The notes beneath the pieces are model-generated. The model was not told the origin of the DNA. It saw only the letters and a list, made by a program, of their open reading frames with translations, and ran no database searches. Of a stretch of 64,000 nucleotides of DNA, positions 38,375 through 53,228 are shown piece after piece. The stretch lies in contig OZ024741.1 in the NCBI GenBank assembly GCA_964016885.1, forward strand, positions 377,394,001 to 377,458,000, read 5' to 3'. Origin of the DNA: Eledone cirrhosa. Its lineage: Eukaryota. How positions within the stretch are numbered: the stretch's first letter is position 1; the number at the start of each line of letters is the position of its first letter. Position numbers and translations under genes: made by a program.

Positions 38375-39205
38375 AAAGGTAAACAGAAATAACAACAGAA
38401 TCAGTACAGTATATGGAAGGTATATATTAGGTTAACACTTGATATAGCAGGAAGTGGGTCTTAACGTTAGTCCTTCGTCAGAAGAAAGAATCAGAAATAA
38501 AATAGATTGAGTGGACGGGTGGGATGGAATTGGAAAAAATGTATTTAGATAAAAATAACAGGTCCATTTCTGTTGACATCATATAGGAATAGGGTACGGA
38601 GTGTTTGTGTGGGTTTGACGGGAGGAGGTGAAGTCGAGGTAAGATTGGGAGTCTGTTGGTTTAATGAAGATGGAAGTAGAGAGGGTGTAGTGAGAGGGAT
38701 TAATAGTTAGAGATATATCTAGAAAAGCGACAGAAGAATTGGAGACGGAGGCGGTGAAATTGAGAGCAGGATGGAAAGATTTAACAAAAAAAGAAAAACA
38801 GTCGAGCTGTTCTCGTGATAGAGAGGTAGCGCCGATACAGTTGTCGATATAACGACCCTATAGATCAGGAGTAGGTCCTGTGTACTGGGAGAAGATCTGG
38901 GCTTTGACGTAGCCAACAAACAATTTGGCATAGTTTGGAGCCATTCTGGTTCCCATCGCTACCCCAGAGACCATCTCATAAAATTCACTCGAAAAAGAAA
39001 ATCCACTGAAGTAGAGAACAAGCTCACTCAGCCGGAGAAGAGTGGTAGTGCTGTGGTAAGTGGTAGGGCGTAAATCGAAAATAAAGTCGGAGAGCGCGGA
39101 GGCCGTCATCATGAGGGATGACGGTATAGAGAGTGGTGATGTACAGGCTAAATAGAAGGCGGGCGGGACCAGGAGGGAAGGAGAAAGAGTTGATGCGTCA
39201 CACAT
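38375..39205 (-). mobile_element. Internally deleted PLE (RT fragment + 3' end with hammerhead remnant at 38459-38485)
   Basis: SLYTVIPH, LLRLSELVL, GVAMGTRMAPNYA, RYID; remnant TCTT CTGACGA AGGACT AACGTT AAGA. Confidence 0.8.
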
Positions 39206-39229
39206 TGATTAATGGTGCTCAAAAAAGCC

Positions 39230-40110
39230 GATGATAAACACCAGTTTATTCATTCGTTGATCTTTCAATGCTTTGCAAATTGATATTAAGACTACATCTA
39301 AGGTGGTATGCATATTAATATTTCTTTTGAGAGCGAAATATCGCTTTATTCGTGTATGAGAATTCTCCACTTTCTTCCTAAACAAGCGTTTATCTACGAT
39401 ATATTGAAGCATGAACGCACATGTTGTCGGAGGTCATCAATGTCGCAAAATCGAAGTCACCAAACTGTTCTGTATAATTGATTGGCATGTTTATCTGATA
39501 CACTGATGACACTCTTCCACCTGTAGCATTCATAAATTAGTATTACTCTGAAGCCTAATATATGAAGGCGTTTGTAGAGAACAAAAAGATTCCTTGCGTT
39601 GATTATCTAAATATTTGGTGTATTTTTATAAATATGCCTTTTCTTGTTATTGTTTTCTTTGGGGTGGAAAGCTGTTTTTCGTCAAACATACTCCTCATGT
39701 AAGGTAGCTGTATAAATAAACATGAATAAAATAATGTGTATAAATAAACACTCATTTAAAAAGATTCATTTAATGTCGTAATGTGTCTATATTTCTCATA
39801 GAAGAACAAACATCAGATATGCTAGATTTTGTTAATTTGTGTTTGGGATAAAAGTAATTGATATTATTAATATATTGTGTCAATCTCAAAAGAAAGGGAT
39901 ATTAATAAGTATTTCGCATAAATATTTAAAGAAAAGAATGGCAAGCCATTTGATCATATGTCCCCTACTCCACGACCGACTAGAATATGCACGGCATAAT
40001 GAAATAATGAAATTGTCCGAAACATGTAGAATAGAAGAAAAAAAACCAAAACGATGGACTCCACTCTTAATAATGGGTTCAACAACATCAAGAAAGAACA
40101 CATGAGGTGA
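39230..40110 (-). pseudogene. Possible hAT (Charlie/SPIN-like) transposase remnant
   Basis: DVVEPIIK and RSWSRGHMIK resemble VxxVN and RWLSRG motifs; highly decayed. Confidence 0.35.
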
Positions 40111-40949
40111 AAAAGAAAATCACACAAATATGGAGTATTAAAGTAATACAATAGCTTCATTACACAAATTCACAATGCTTCGAATTTTATTTCCATGAAA
40201 TCAATGACAAAATAATTGACTCGGTTAGGCTCTTAGATCCAGTCGAAAGTTTTAATTTTCCACTTTAGTACCGTTACGTTTAAGCCTGTATATATATAAT
40301 TCGATTTAATCACTAAGGAAATGGTAAATACAATATGACTTTACAATTCCATTTATAAACCATCACATAAAGACCCAAAAGAAATATACAATAAAAAAAA
40401 AAATTCAAAATAGAATCGTTCGGCAAATGGATAATTTTTATTTTACTACGAAAATCGCTTTTATGAGTCTATCATATTCTATTTCAAGTTCTGTATTATA
40501 TCAAAAATATTTCTAATAGAACTATAAAATGGAAATTGTAAGACAGAATAAGTTTTAACCAATTATGATACTGAGTTTTGGGATGTGGTTCACTTAAACG
40601 TTTTATTTTACTCCCCATAATGTTAATTATAAACTTTCTAAGGAAAAACAAAAAGAAAACATTTATCTGAATATTGATATTACGTTATGACAATGGGTAC
40701 CGCAACCTTCGAATCAAATACGAATCTATACGAATATGCGGAAATATATTGAAATACTTGTTTCTTTATTTACCACCAGGGCCACCATGTAGTGGTCAAT
40801 ATAAAGAGAGGGACACTGGTGGTTTAATAGATGAAAAAAAAAATCATTCGCACAATAAAAAACAAAACCAATTAACAAAATATTACAACAAAAGCATTCC
40901 CCGATAGTGCTATATCACCCAGGGGTGACGTTAGGGACCCATCACATTA

Positions 40950-41840
40950 TAATAATACCGCTTTATATACAACCACCAGACATAGTAAAACTGCATGATG
41001 TTCCCGAAAAAAAGAAGTTGATAGCCGGGTCCGTACTACACGCAACACCAGCTGTTCGACATATCTCCACAAGTCAGTAATGTCCAGATATTGGACGGTG
41101 CGTACAGAACGCTTCGTCGCTCTGTGCGCATCTCGGGCATATGCGTCTGCTAACACTTCGTTGCCTGTAGAGTTTATCTCGAACCAGCAGTGCCCGCCGG
41201 TAACACTGCAAGCGAGTGATTTCTGAAGGTTATCCATAATAACCAGCTCATATGTACTGCGGAAGAGACTGGTCATTTCGACATCGTTGACGCCCAGAGC
41301 CTCTCCGAGTTGTTGTCCTACTTGCTCACCCTTAATCCACTATTGAACTTGAGAGTTGAAGTGCCCCTGACTGCAATTCCCACCTGCTAGAGGGCAGTGA
41401 GTGCCTGGCAACATTCATAATGCCAAGCGCCCCGTCTGGGTCACTTCTTGACACAGGACTGCAGCTCAATTAAATAGACAAAATCTGGAAAGGCCTGTCT
41501 CACAAACGGCAATTACACATGTTCTTTGTTTAGACAGATTTTCAGGAGATTCCGTAGACTCAACATATGTTTGCATATCATTAGCCACGGCATTCCCAGA
41601 AACTCAGCGTAGAAGATGCTGGCAGCAGATGGACCCCCTCAACAGCGGAACATTCCCTTCTACAAGACGTTGAAGTGGAGCCATTCCAATTTCGCGAGGC
41701 GCGAACGGGGGCAAGGCGTGACGGTCAGGTGGAAGTAGATGACGGACGTGATGTACGTTTTCTGAAACGCGGACAGCTTCCTCTGAGACTAATTCTGGGT
41801 GAGAGTGGCTAACCTGTTCGTCACCTCATCCCAATTCTAA
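40950..41840 (-). mobile_element. L1/Tx1-like LINE ORF2 C-terminal remnant
   Basis: NWDEVTNRLATLTQN*SQRKLS, MDNLQKSLA, ICPRCAQSDE, LWRYVEQL; GC-rich island. Confidence 0.7.
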
Positions 41841-42277
41841 TAATAATAATTACAATAATAATAATAATATTGATATTTTTTCGTAATTATTTTACTTATC
41901 ATGGAACTACCAACATATCACACAGGGAACGTCGTACGCATTATCTTACATATGCTTAAATCTGCTTTGTACATACCCCACTGAGTTGGTAGTTTGTATA
42001 TACATATCATATATGTTACAGTTTAGCAATAGGTAGAATCGGTGGTTCTGGTTGGTAAACAATAATGCAACACATTTTTTAAAGCACCCAACGTTCTGCA
42101 AATCATCCATCGTAGGTGTCGTATCCAGTGGCTGGTGCAGTTCGTATTCTACTTATTCTACATATCTGAAAATAATACTTTGAAGGAAAAATATGACGTT
42201 GAGTGCTTAAATATTTAATTATTCACTGAATGGTGCGTTGCATATGCAACCCCGCTTAGTCAACATATTTACCTAAG

Positions 42278-42371
<94 letters not shown>

Positions 42372-42484
42372 TATATGTATATCACAATAAAACTAGAATT
42401 TTATTTCTCGCCTTGGCACCAGCGATATATAATGTATGCACACGCACACACACAAATATATATATATATATACAGTATATATTT

Positions 42485-42535
<51 letters not shown>

Positions 42536-43147
42536 TCATTGCTGACCCCTCGTTATCGATTATGGCCTTTGCACGATATAACATTATTAATAATTATTAA
42601 TTAATGACATCGTGCAATGACTGATTTTTTTTTAAATGAAGAAAAGTCTGTACACTGAGGCAATCCCGCTCTCTGAACAACAGTAGCTATAACACGAACA
42701 GAACAAAAGATCAACATCATCGATAACTACTGAGCACCAGGTTTTATGTCTCGGAGTTATCCCAGTTTCCTGAGTTGCCTTCACCTAGAAGAATGCCGTG
42801 ACAAAGGCTAGCGGTCCTTCACCTCCAGTGGTTTAATCATGTGATCTGGTATCCAGCCCGACTATTTCTATGTCACCACGCATATACATACACATGCATA
42901 CATGACTTTACACATTTTTGGTTGGTCATTGATTCTTATGAGTTCTTCTGCCCATTGTCAGGTTTTTTTTTTGTCAGGGTGTCCAAAATCACCCTCCTCA
43001 CCAAGTAAACTTGGTGGGGTTGCCAGTTTAGTCTTCGACGACCCGACCATGCGAGAAGTTGTACTGGGTTACATGTTACCGGTAGCACGGAAGAGTGTCT
43101 CGACATATGCATATGTACATATATACATATATACACACATATACACG

Positions 43148-43605
43148 TATATTCGTATGGGTTACATCGAATATTAATAAAGATATTTGATTCGTTTGTA
43201 AACAAACGGCCCGACTAGATCTGTGGCGTGCCGATGACAAATCGTCATCCGTTTGTTCATACTCAAATGTATGTATAAGCTGTGCTAATGCGAGAAATAA
43301 AATTCTAATTCTGTTATTATATTTAGACACGGTCAGATGTAACTCTCTCGTTATGCAAATGAGGTTATTCAGTCGTTGTGTTCTTCATAAAATATAATAT
43401 ATTTTCAACCGTTCACCTGATGGGCAGAGTTGTACAATCTTGATGAAGGGTAATGGCCAAGAAACATGTTGATTGTTCCTCAAAACCAGTGTTGACAAGC
43501 GGGTAACGATTTGTCATCGGCACAGCACAGCTTTAATCAGGGCTGTTTCTATACAAACGAATCGAATATAATTATTAATATTTGATATAACCCAAACGTA
43601 CATAT
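43148..43605. mobile_element. MITE-like element with inverted ends and an internal hammerhead motif
   Basis: Inverted ends ~43150-43260 and ~43490-43605; flanked by TA-rich tracts. Confidence 0.65.
43434..43476 (+). ncRNA. Minimal type I hammerhead motif (C3U)
   Basis: Perfect stem I ACAATC/GATTGT, TTGATGA, short weak stem II, GAAA, palindromic ACATGT, triplet GUU. Confidence 0.65.
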
Positions 43606-43620
43606 GCATATGTATATATG

Positions 43621-43772
<152 letters not shown>

Positions 43773-43829
43773 CGTGTATGTGTGTGTTTCTGTATGTACA
43801 TATTTATATTTATATATATATATATATAT

Positions 43830-44686
43830 ATAATTAGAAATCAGTAAAATCGAATCTCTGGTGGTTTGCAAGTGAATTCGGCTTACTTACATGAAATGAT
43901 GAGTTAGCAAAACACTCGATAAGATAGGTCCTTAGAGTAATAACATACGTTTAAAAAGCTTGACAAATCGAACATTGTGGTAGGCTAAACTAACACACAA
44001 TATGTATACCAGAGCAACGATAGCACTAATCAGGTTGAGAAAAAGTACACCTGGACAAATTAGACGAATAGACGTTTAAGACAAATTAGACGAATAGACG
44101 TTTAAAGTGTTTCTCTGTATCCAAAATCAAATATCCGACTTACTTGAAAGGCAAGCTCCTGGCAATTGATGACCGAACGTTGGATTCAATTTTTCAACAG
44201 GTTTATCGTTCTTCCTGGGATGGAAGTGATAAATTATATGCTGCTGCAATAAGCTGCTAATCGAATCTATAATTATCACGTGCTAATTCCGGCAAGGGAA
44301 ATAACCCCGGTCCCAGGCGGTTATTCAAAAAGTTAGCGAAAAAGGAAATATTTAAAATTCCCGCTAAACAACATGATAAGCTCTCGACTAGATGTTATAA
44401 AACAAACACTAAATATTAACCAATCAACTAAATTGTCTAATTAAATTAATTAGTTAACTATTAAATCTAGGAGAATAATATAATTAGAAATCAGTAAAAT
44501 CGAATCTCTGGCGGTTTGCAAGTGAATTTGGCCTACTTATATGAAATGATGAGTTAGCAAAACACTCGATAAGATAGGTCCTTAGAGTAATAACATACGT
44601 TTAAAAAGCTTGACAAATCGAACATTGTGGTAGGCTAAACTAACACACAATATGTATACCAGAGCAACGATAGCACTAATCAGGTT
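43830..44686. mobile_element. Non-coding element with ~205-bp near-identical direct terminal repeats, inserted in (TA)n
   Basis: ~43830-44037 repeated at ~44479-44686; ~440-bp internal region; microsatellite on both sides. Confidence 0.8.
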
Positions 44687-44780
44687 ATATATATACACCC
44701 ACACACACACATATATACACACGTACACACACACACATGCACACACACATACACACACACATACACATATATATATATAT

Positions 44781-44867
<87 letters not shown>

Positions 44868-45146
44868 TATATACATATGCATATGTACGTTTGGGTTATA
44901 TCAAATATTAATAATTATATTCGATTCGTTTGTATAGAAACGGCCCGATTGAAGCTGTGCCGATGACAAATCGTTACCCGCTTCTTCAACACTGGTTTTG
45001 AGGAATGTATATATATATTCTTTTGTAGCAAATAGTTTATTCGCTCAATGTCCACATTCCTACCCGTCTGTGTCCACTTTATCATGTATTAATTTCTCCC
45101 TACGCCTCTCCAGATATTCTCACTTGCTACGAAAGAAACATTCCTT

Positions 45147-45250
45147 TTATTCTGATGGGTCTCTTCATAAGTTGTATCATCCTCACAGCGTTGATGTATT
45201 TTTATAGTGCAGAAACGTTGGGAACAGATCGGTGAAACTGCAGTCGGGAC
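45147..45250 (+). ncRNA. Degenerate hammerhead-like motif
   Basis: CTGATGG...GAAA CTGCAG TC with palindromic ACTGCAGT; stems I and II weak. Confidence 0.35.
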
Positions 45251-45409
45251 TTTACAGAAAGAATAGGTATATATTTTTATATTATTCCCTCATATTTTTG
45301 TAATTTTATATATATATATAACAAAGAAAGTGTGGTAAGGCACCAGGTGGATCATAATGCACCAGCGTACTCGATTCTTACAGTAGTAGAGTGGGTAACA
45401 GGAAAAGGG

Positions 45410-46872
<1,463 letters not shown>

Positions 46873-47039
46873 AATGAATACAGTATATGATTAAGAGTAT
46901 AAACCTATCCAATGCGCAGAATATTCAAAGAGTTTTATCTAATTTGTCCGGGTTTTTCGATGATATTTGAACGATAGAGTACAAACGTCTTTAAAAATAC
47001 TGTAGCTTTTGTTTTTGTTATTCAATGAGAGAGAATGGA

Positions 47040-47255
47040 TAGTGGATTGGCAGTATCAGAAGAACATCGGACACCGTTCTTCGCAGCTTATAATTACGTC
47101 CATTTATGTGCTGAGTTCAGATCTCACTGAGGTTAGCTCTGCATTGAATTCTTACGAGGACGATACATATAGCACCAGAAATGCACTGGGGTGATTTTAC
47201 CGACTTTCCTCCTCCCGTTCAAATAACTGGTGTTTGCCTAAAGTAGAAACAATTA
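47040..47255 (+). mobile_element. Diverged tRNA-derived SINE
   Basis: A-box-like TGGCAG, B-box-like GAGTTCAGATC, tail CCTAAAGTAGAAACAATT; homologous to 47666-48245. Confidence 0.7.
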
Positions 47256-47665
47256 TTCGATTAGAGAATTATATAGATTCCAAAGTAGATGCTTTACCAT
47301 GTCTCTTTTGGTATATTTTATTCGAAGGAAAAAATCTATTTCATATGCTTTCGGCGTCATTGCCCCCCACAATAATACATAATCTTCAAGCGTGTTTTCG
47401 TTTAGAAATATTGAGGATATAAATGTTTCACACCTCAAATATCTATAATGTTTAGAAACACAAAATAAGATTTAAATTTATTAGAAAAAAATAATGTGTA
47501 ATATATTCCAACAGTTCAGTTGACTACTAAAATTACATATGGTAACTATTCAAAGAGATTTCCTTATAATTTGCACTTTATTGTCATATCTATTTTTTAG
47601 CGTACATTAAATCTAATGGATTCCTCGTTGGTTAAATAACCAACGTATAGTTCAGACTATACACA

Positions 47666-48245
47666 TAATTGTTTCTACTTTTGGCAAAAGACCAGCAATT
47701 ATCCCAGTGTATTACTGGAATTTAATTTTATCGACACCCGTAAGGATGAAAGGCAAAGTTAACTTCGGTGGGATATGAACTCAGACCGCAAAGGGACGTA
47801 ACTCTGCTGCAAAGCAAGGTGTCCGACCCTCTACAGATATTGCCAATCCACCTCCCTATACAAATACTTGTTTAAACATGTTGGCACAAGGCCAGCAAAT
47901 AACCAGTGCATTACTGGTACTTTATTTTATCAACCCCGTAAGGATGAAAGGAAAAGTTAACCTCGGCGGGATTCGAACTCTGAATGGCAAGGGCCGTAAC
48001 TCTATGCGTCAAAGCGTAGCGTCCGATCCTCTACAGATACTGCCAATCCACCGCGCTATACAAATAATTGTTTCTACTTTTGGCACAAGGCCAGCAATAA
48101 ACCAATACATTACTGGTACTTTATGTTATCGACCCTGTAAGGATGAAAGGCAACGTTAACCTCGGCGGGGTTTGAACTCAGCAAGCGCTGTAACTCTATG
48201 CGTCAAAGCATGGCATCCGACCCACTACCATTACTGCCAAGCCAT
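47666..48245 (-). mobile_element. Three head-to-tail ~200-bp tRNA-derived SINE copies (Meta-domain-like core)
   Basis: Reverse complement has B box GAGTTCRAAYCCC then GCCTTTCATCCTT.CGGGGTCGATAA..AGTACCAG; period ~200. Confidence 0.85.
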
Positions 48246-48308
48246 TACATCTCATGGTTACTAGTTACATAAGTAATTGACCGGTAACTATAATTATAAA
48301 CAAATATA

Positions 48309-48388
<80 letters not shown>

Positions 48389-48405
48389 AGATAATTGTGT
48401 GTATA

Positions 48406-48473
<68 letters not shown>

Positions 48474-48610
48474 ATACTTTGGGAGGGTCATGTTGCCAAT
48501 AAGAAACACACGCACCAGTTGCTTTCACTTCAATTTAATTTATTATATATTTATAAATTTCTGGTTGGTTGGTTGGTTCCACAACCAGATAGTTGTTTAT
48601 ATATATATAT

Positions 48611-48655
48611 AGTCATAGTTCTTTCGTCACACACTCTGTGACCTCTTCAGTGACT
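48611..48655 (-). ncRNA. Type I hammerhead ribozyme (mirror copy)
   Basis: Exact reverse complement of 48785-48829. Confidence 0.8.
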
Positions 48656-48784
48656 GGAGATTTCTTTCTTCGTTTCTGTGCCTTTCCTTTCTTCTATCCT
48701 ATGCCATTTTGTTTGTGTATCACACAAACAAAATGGCGTAGGATAGAAGAAAGGAAAGGCACAGAAACGAAGAAAGAAATCCCC

Positions 48785-48829
48785 AGTCACTGAAGAGGTC
48801 ACAGAGTGTGTGACGAAAGAACTATGACT
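48785..48829 (+). ncRNA. Minimal type I hammerhead ribozyme
   Basis: AGTCA CTGAAGA G GTCACA-GAGTG-TGTGAC GAAA GAAC TA TGACT; stem I AGTCA/TGACT, triplet CUA. Confidence 0.8.
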
Positions 48830-49044
48830 ATATATATATATAAACAACTATCTGGTTGTGGAACCAACCAACCGACCAGAAATTTATAAATGTGTAAATT
48901 TATAAATATATAATAAATTAAATTGAAGTGAAAGCAACTGGTGCGTGTGTTTCTTATTGGCAACATGACCCTCCCAAAGTATAACAATATCGGTTTCAAC
49001 ACACGATTTCAGATAAAGAATCTTGCTAAACAAATTCAGAAACG

Positions 49045-49181
<137 letters not shown>

Positions 49182-50442
49182 GAGAGAGAGAAGTACACAT
49201 AGAGGTATGTGTTCAATCAATAGGGGATCAAAACCAGCTGAGTGACGATCGTATTACCTACGGAAAGAATGGTTATTATAAATAAATAAAAAGAATATAT
49301 CAAAGTATACTAACCATTCGATTGTAACAATGACACCCGGACATGCTTAAATAAGAGTATGTTTCGCTCTAAGTGAAAAATACATATTGTACATGTAGCT
49401 CATCGTCGTGTGCCTAACGATATGATCAACACTTCTAAAATATATATCAGATAATTAAAAAAACACGCATGGTGCAGAGGAAAGAGATGTGCACATCATA
49501 GTCCATGGTAGTGTGAATAGACCAAAATACCACAAACATTAGGAGCTCAGAACCATTCAAATTTAGAAGCTCTGCTTACATATAAAAATGAATCAGGAGC
49601 CAAATATATACATACATTAGCACTGCAAACAGTGATGGCAATAAACCATTACATATAAACTAATATATCAAGTCCCACACAAACCTACATTTTCACCCAT
49701 ATATTCTTGTCACATACGTATTTAACTCCGGAGTAGAACGTAATGTGGAGGTTTTAATTTAATCAAATGTATACTTCTAACCGTAAATTAAGGATAATTT
49801 AGGATAATTTACCAGTAAATAAACTCTAACAAATGAATGCACTAGATTTTACAATAACAGTACCGAATAGATCTTCCTTGATACCTAACACATAACGCAT
49901 CTTTTTGTTGACTGATATATAGAAAGTAGCAAGCGGTGAACTGGAGGATTCTTTGATTAGGGCGATCTACTGCTAGGTTTGACACCAATTACATTGTTTT
50001 ATTGTCTAATTCTATGTCAGGTTGAACGAGCACATACATGCATGCATACTCATACATACAAACTAACTTATATATATACAGACACAACCATTCCCTGACC
50101 ATAGAATAGTTTAACACTATTTTTATAATGAAAATTACCAATTGGATGAATAATATATACCTTTATTCCGACAAACGATACCCCGAATGATAGTCAGTAA
50201 ATCGCAAAGACTTTCAGCAGCAAATAGTCTATGTCTAGCTCTTGAAACGGCAAAAAATAAGCCGTTCGGTCCCTACAGGGGTGGCTTCGTGGTCGTGTGG
50301 CGCACGGATCTCTACAAAACGGAGGGTTAACAGCAACTACAGGTCCAGGAGACCTTCGGTTATATATATAAAATCAAGATTTAGCAAATAGAGAAAAAGT
50401 TTTAAAATAAATTTCAAAAAGTTTACTGTACTTATTATATGT

Positions 50443-50524
50443 GCCTCTACCGCGGTTTCCGATCCCAAAATAAACGCATAATCCAACCGGATTTATATTG
50501 AGAAAGAGATCTTCGTCAGAATGC
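50443..50524 (-). ncRNA. Type I hammerhead ribozyme, intact core
   Basis: Reverse complement: GCATT CTGACGA A-GATCTC...GGGATC-G GAAA CCGCGG TA GAGGC; palindromic ACCGCGGT. Confidence 0.8.
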
Positions 50525-51109
50525 TTTTCTCACTCGGAGAATATAAAATTCTCGAGTTCAAATCACAAACTGGCGCCATACAAAACTGTACCCGAATGAG
50601 AATGAATGAGAGAAGAAACAATCGTGTCTAGTGCCGGGTGCAAAGACAGAAAGCAAGGCGGACAGATCAATGTTCTGCTACTAAAAATAGCAGCAGTTCA
50701 AACGACCAAAAGTCTTCTCAACCTTAGGGGTGAATAATAATAAAAGTATGTGTTCCTACATGTAAAAAATACATATAGGGATACAAGTGTTTTCCAACCG
50801 TATGCCAGTGTGATTCTATGGCAGGTTAATAAATTAACAAGCCAGAACTTGTATCTCTATATGTATTTTTTACATGTAGGACCACATACTTTATTATTAT
50901 TCTACCCTAAGGTTGAGAAGACTTTTGGTCGTTTGAACTGCTGCTGTTTTTAGTAACAGGACATTGACCAGTCCGCCTTGCTTTCTGTCTTTGCACACGG
51001 CACTAGACAAGATTGTTTCTTCTCTCATTCACTCTCATTCGGGAACAGTTTTGTATGGCGCCAGTTTGTGATTTGAACTCCAAAATTCTATATTCTCCGA
51101 GTGAGAAAA

Positions 51110-51192
51110 GCCTTCTGACGAAGATCTCTTTCTCATTGAAAAATCCGCTTGGATTATCTGTTTAGTAAGGGATCGGAAACCGCCGTAAAGGT
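51110..51192 (+). ncRNA. Type I hammerhead ribozyme, intact core
   Basis: CCTT CTGACGA A-GATCTCTT...AAGGGATC-G GAAA CCGCCG TA AAGG. Confidence 0.8.
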
Positions 51193-51372
51193 ACATATAG
51201 TAAGTACAGTAAACTTTTTGAAATTTATTTTAAAACATTTTCTCTATTTGCTAAATCTTGATTTTATATGTTCTGGCTTCTTAATTTATTAACCTGCCAT
51301 AGAACCACATTGGTATACGGTTGGACAATACATGTATCCATATATGTATTTTTTACATGTAAGAACACATAC

Positions 51373-51429
<57 letters not shown>

Positions 51430-51432
<3 letters not shown>

Positions 51433-51848
51433 AGAAAAACTGTTTTTGAGGGGAGCTAACTTTGAGGCTTCTCGAATCGCATACGAGAAAGTAAAGAGGG
51501 ATGTGAGGAAGGGTATTACTGTTGTAGTTCCAGACAGCGAATGTCATCCTATGGCGCCTACATGCAGTGTCTGTGTGAGACTGCATCAGCAAAGCTGGAC
51601 TCGAAAGTCAACTTCGCAGTCATAAAGTTAAGACCAGCGGTTGACTGCCAGGCTACTGTTGGAGATGCTACTCATTATGGCTGCCAAGCATGTGGTAGAG
51701 AATCAGGAGGACTCAAACGACACGCAAAAGTACATGAACTCCAAAACTTAGCCGGCCAGTCCCAGTGAATGTTTTGGTTGCCAACTCTGTGCAAGACATT
51801 TTAGATCATTGGCAGGGCTAAAAAGCTACATTCGATCGCAGCACAGTT
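51430..51848 (+). mobile_element. 3' fragment of an RTE-like LINE with three C2H2-like zinc fingers
   Basis: WRKTVFEG/ANFEASRIAYEKVKR followed by CSVC..LRSH, CQACGR..GLKRHAKVH and CQLCARHFRSLAGLKSYIRS. Confidence 0.7.
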
Positions 51849-51916
51849 AATTGTTATCGTGTGTGTCTGAGTGTGTGTATAGATATGTATGTATGTATAT
51901 GTGTGTGTGTGTGTGT

Positions 51917-51963
<47 letters not shown>

Positions 51964-52089
51964 TGTGTGTGTGTGTATATATTATTATTATTGTTGTTAT
52001 TATAATTGTCATTATTATTATTTTGTTTTTGTTCGTGCAATGGACATACTCGATAACGAGGCGGCATCCATCATATATATATTTATATT

Positions 52090-52160
<71 letters not shown>

Positions 52161-53039
52161 ATATAAATGTATATTATGGAACCTCAAGCGTTATATTCTT
52201 CACAGCGCTGTAAATAAACACACAATATATAATTATCACACGAGAAATAAGATTCAAATTCTAAAACATAAGCAATATCAAATTAAAAACATAAATTTAA
52301 CTATATATCTTTCCGTTGAAAAAAGCATTCACTCTCTTCTAACATTTAAATTGTGAAACGTTTCCTCGTTCCATTGCGTTTTATGGAAATAAGAGAATAA
52401 AAAAACAAGGACTTGAGAATCAATATTCATATAAACTACTTGCATTATGAACAGATGTACTGGAACGCTGACATTTTAACGAAAATATATGTAAATTTTA
52501 CTTTCATAAGAATGTGTGCAATATAGGAGTTGAAAGAAGAGAAACTGTATCTTACCTCCGATTTCAGGTTGTAATATTTTACAAGATGGTCTTATCATAT
52601 TAAGATAGCTTGTAAACTAGCGAATATGGAATTAATTTTACTTCCTAAATATTCCTGAATAAAATTACCGTGAATTTAAATAACCAACTACCCATATTGG
52701 TAGTTCTGTACTGGTCTTTCAAAAGTTTATAACTCATATTAAGGCTAAACATACAGATAGACCTATGTTTGATATTTACAATACCTTGTATAAATGTTAG
52801 TCAAAAGAACATGCACTTACAATACAGTTCTGAAACTAAATTTAATATTTGGCATGCCTCAGGATAGAATCACTGGACAGATCTTACGGGCAAAACTAAG
52901 AGACCCAGCTGAACTTGGCTGGTGATCCAGGCGGATCAGTTGGAGACGGTTGCTTTTGACAGAATGCGTTAGAAGGAGTGTTTGAGTACTCTTCCCCCAC
53001 GATTATCTCAGGGATACGAAGAAGAAGTAGAAGAAGAAT

Positions 53040-53045
53040 TAGTAT

Positions 53046-53110
<65 letters not shown>

Positions 53111-53129
53111 TAAGTAGTAGTAGTAGTAA

Positions 53130-53205
<76 letters not shown>

Positions 53206-53228
53206 TGTAGTAGTAGTTCTAGTAGTAT
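53040..53228. repeat. (AGT)n microsatellite
   Basis: Directly visible. Confidence 0.98.

Larger units (their letters stand above)
50368..51375. mobile_element. Non-coding inverted + partial tandem ~490-bp unit with a hammerhead on each strand, in (TA)n
   Basis: 50368-50780 is the reverse complement of 50850-51268; 50780-50850 is the reverse complement of 51268-51340; the unit restarts at ~51340. Confidence 0.85.

Noticed and set aside
41890-42270. piggyBac-like transposase remnant
   Set aside because: Only a vague resemblance to the MGGVD motif; no TIR/TTAA pair identified
43895-43935. Hammerhead in the 205-bp direct repeat (ATGATGA...GATA...GTC)
   Set aside because: Two core mismatches in both copies and no coherent stems I/III
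47666-48245. tRNA genes or a CRISPR-like array
   Set aside because: Units are ~200-bp SINEs with A/B-box-like motifs but no cloverleaf; no repeat-spacer structure and the context is eukaryotic
52550-52660. Minus-strand exon bounded by AG and GTAAG
   Set aside because: Stops in all frames and no supporting neighbouring exons; cannot support a host gene
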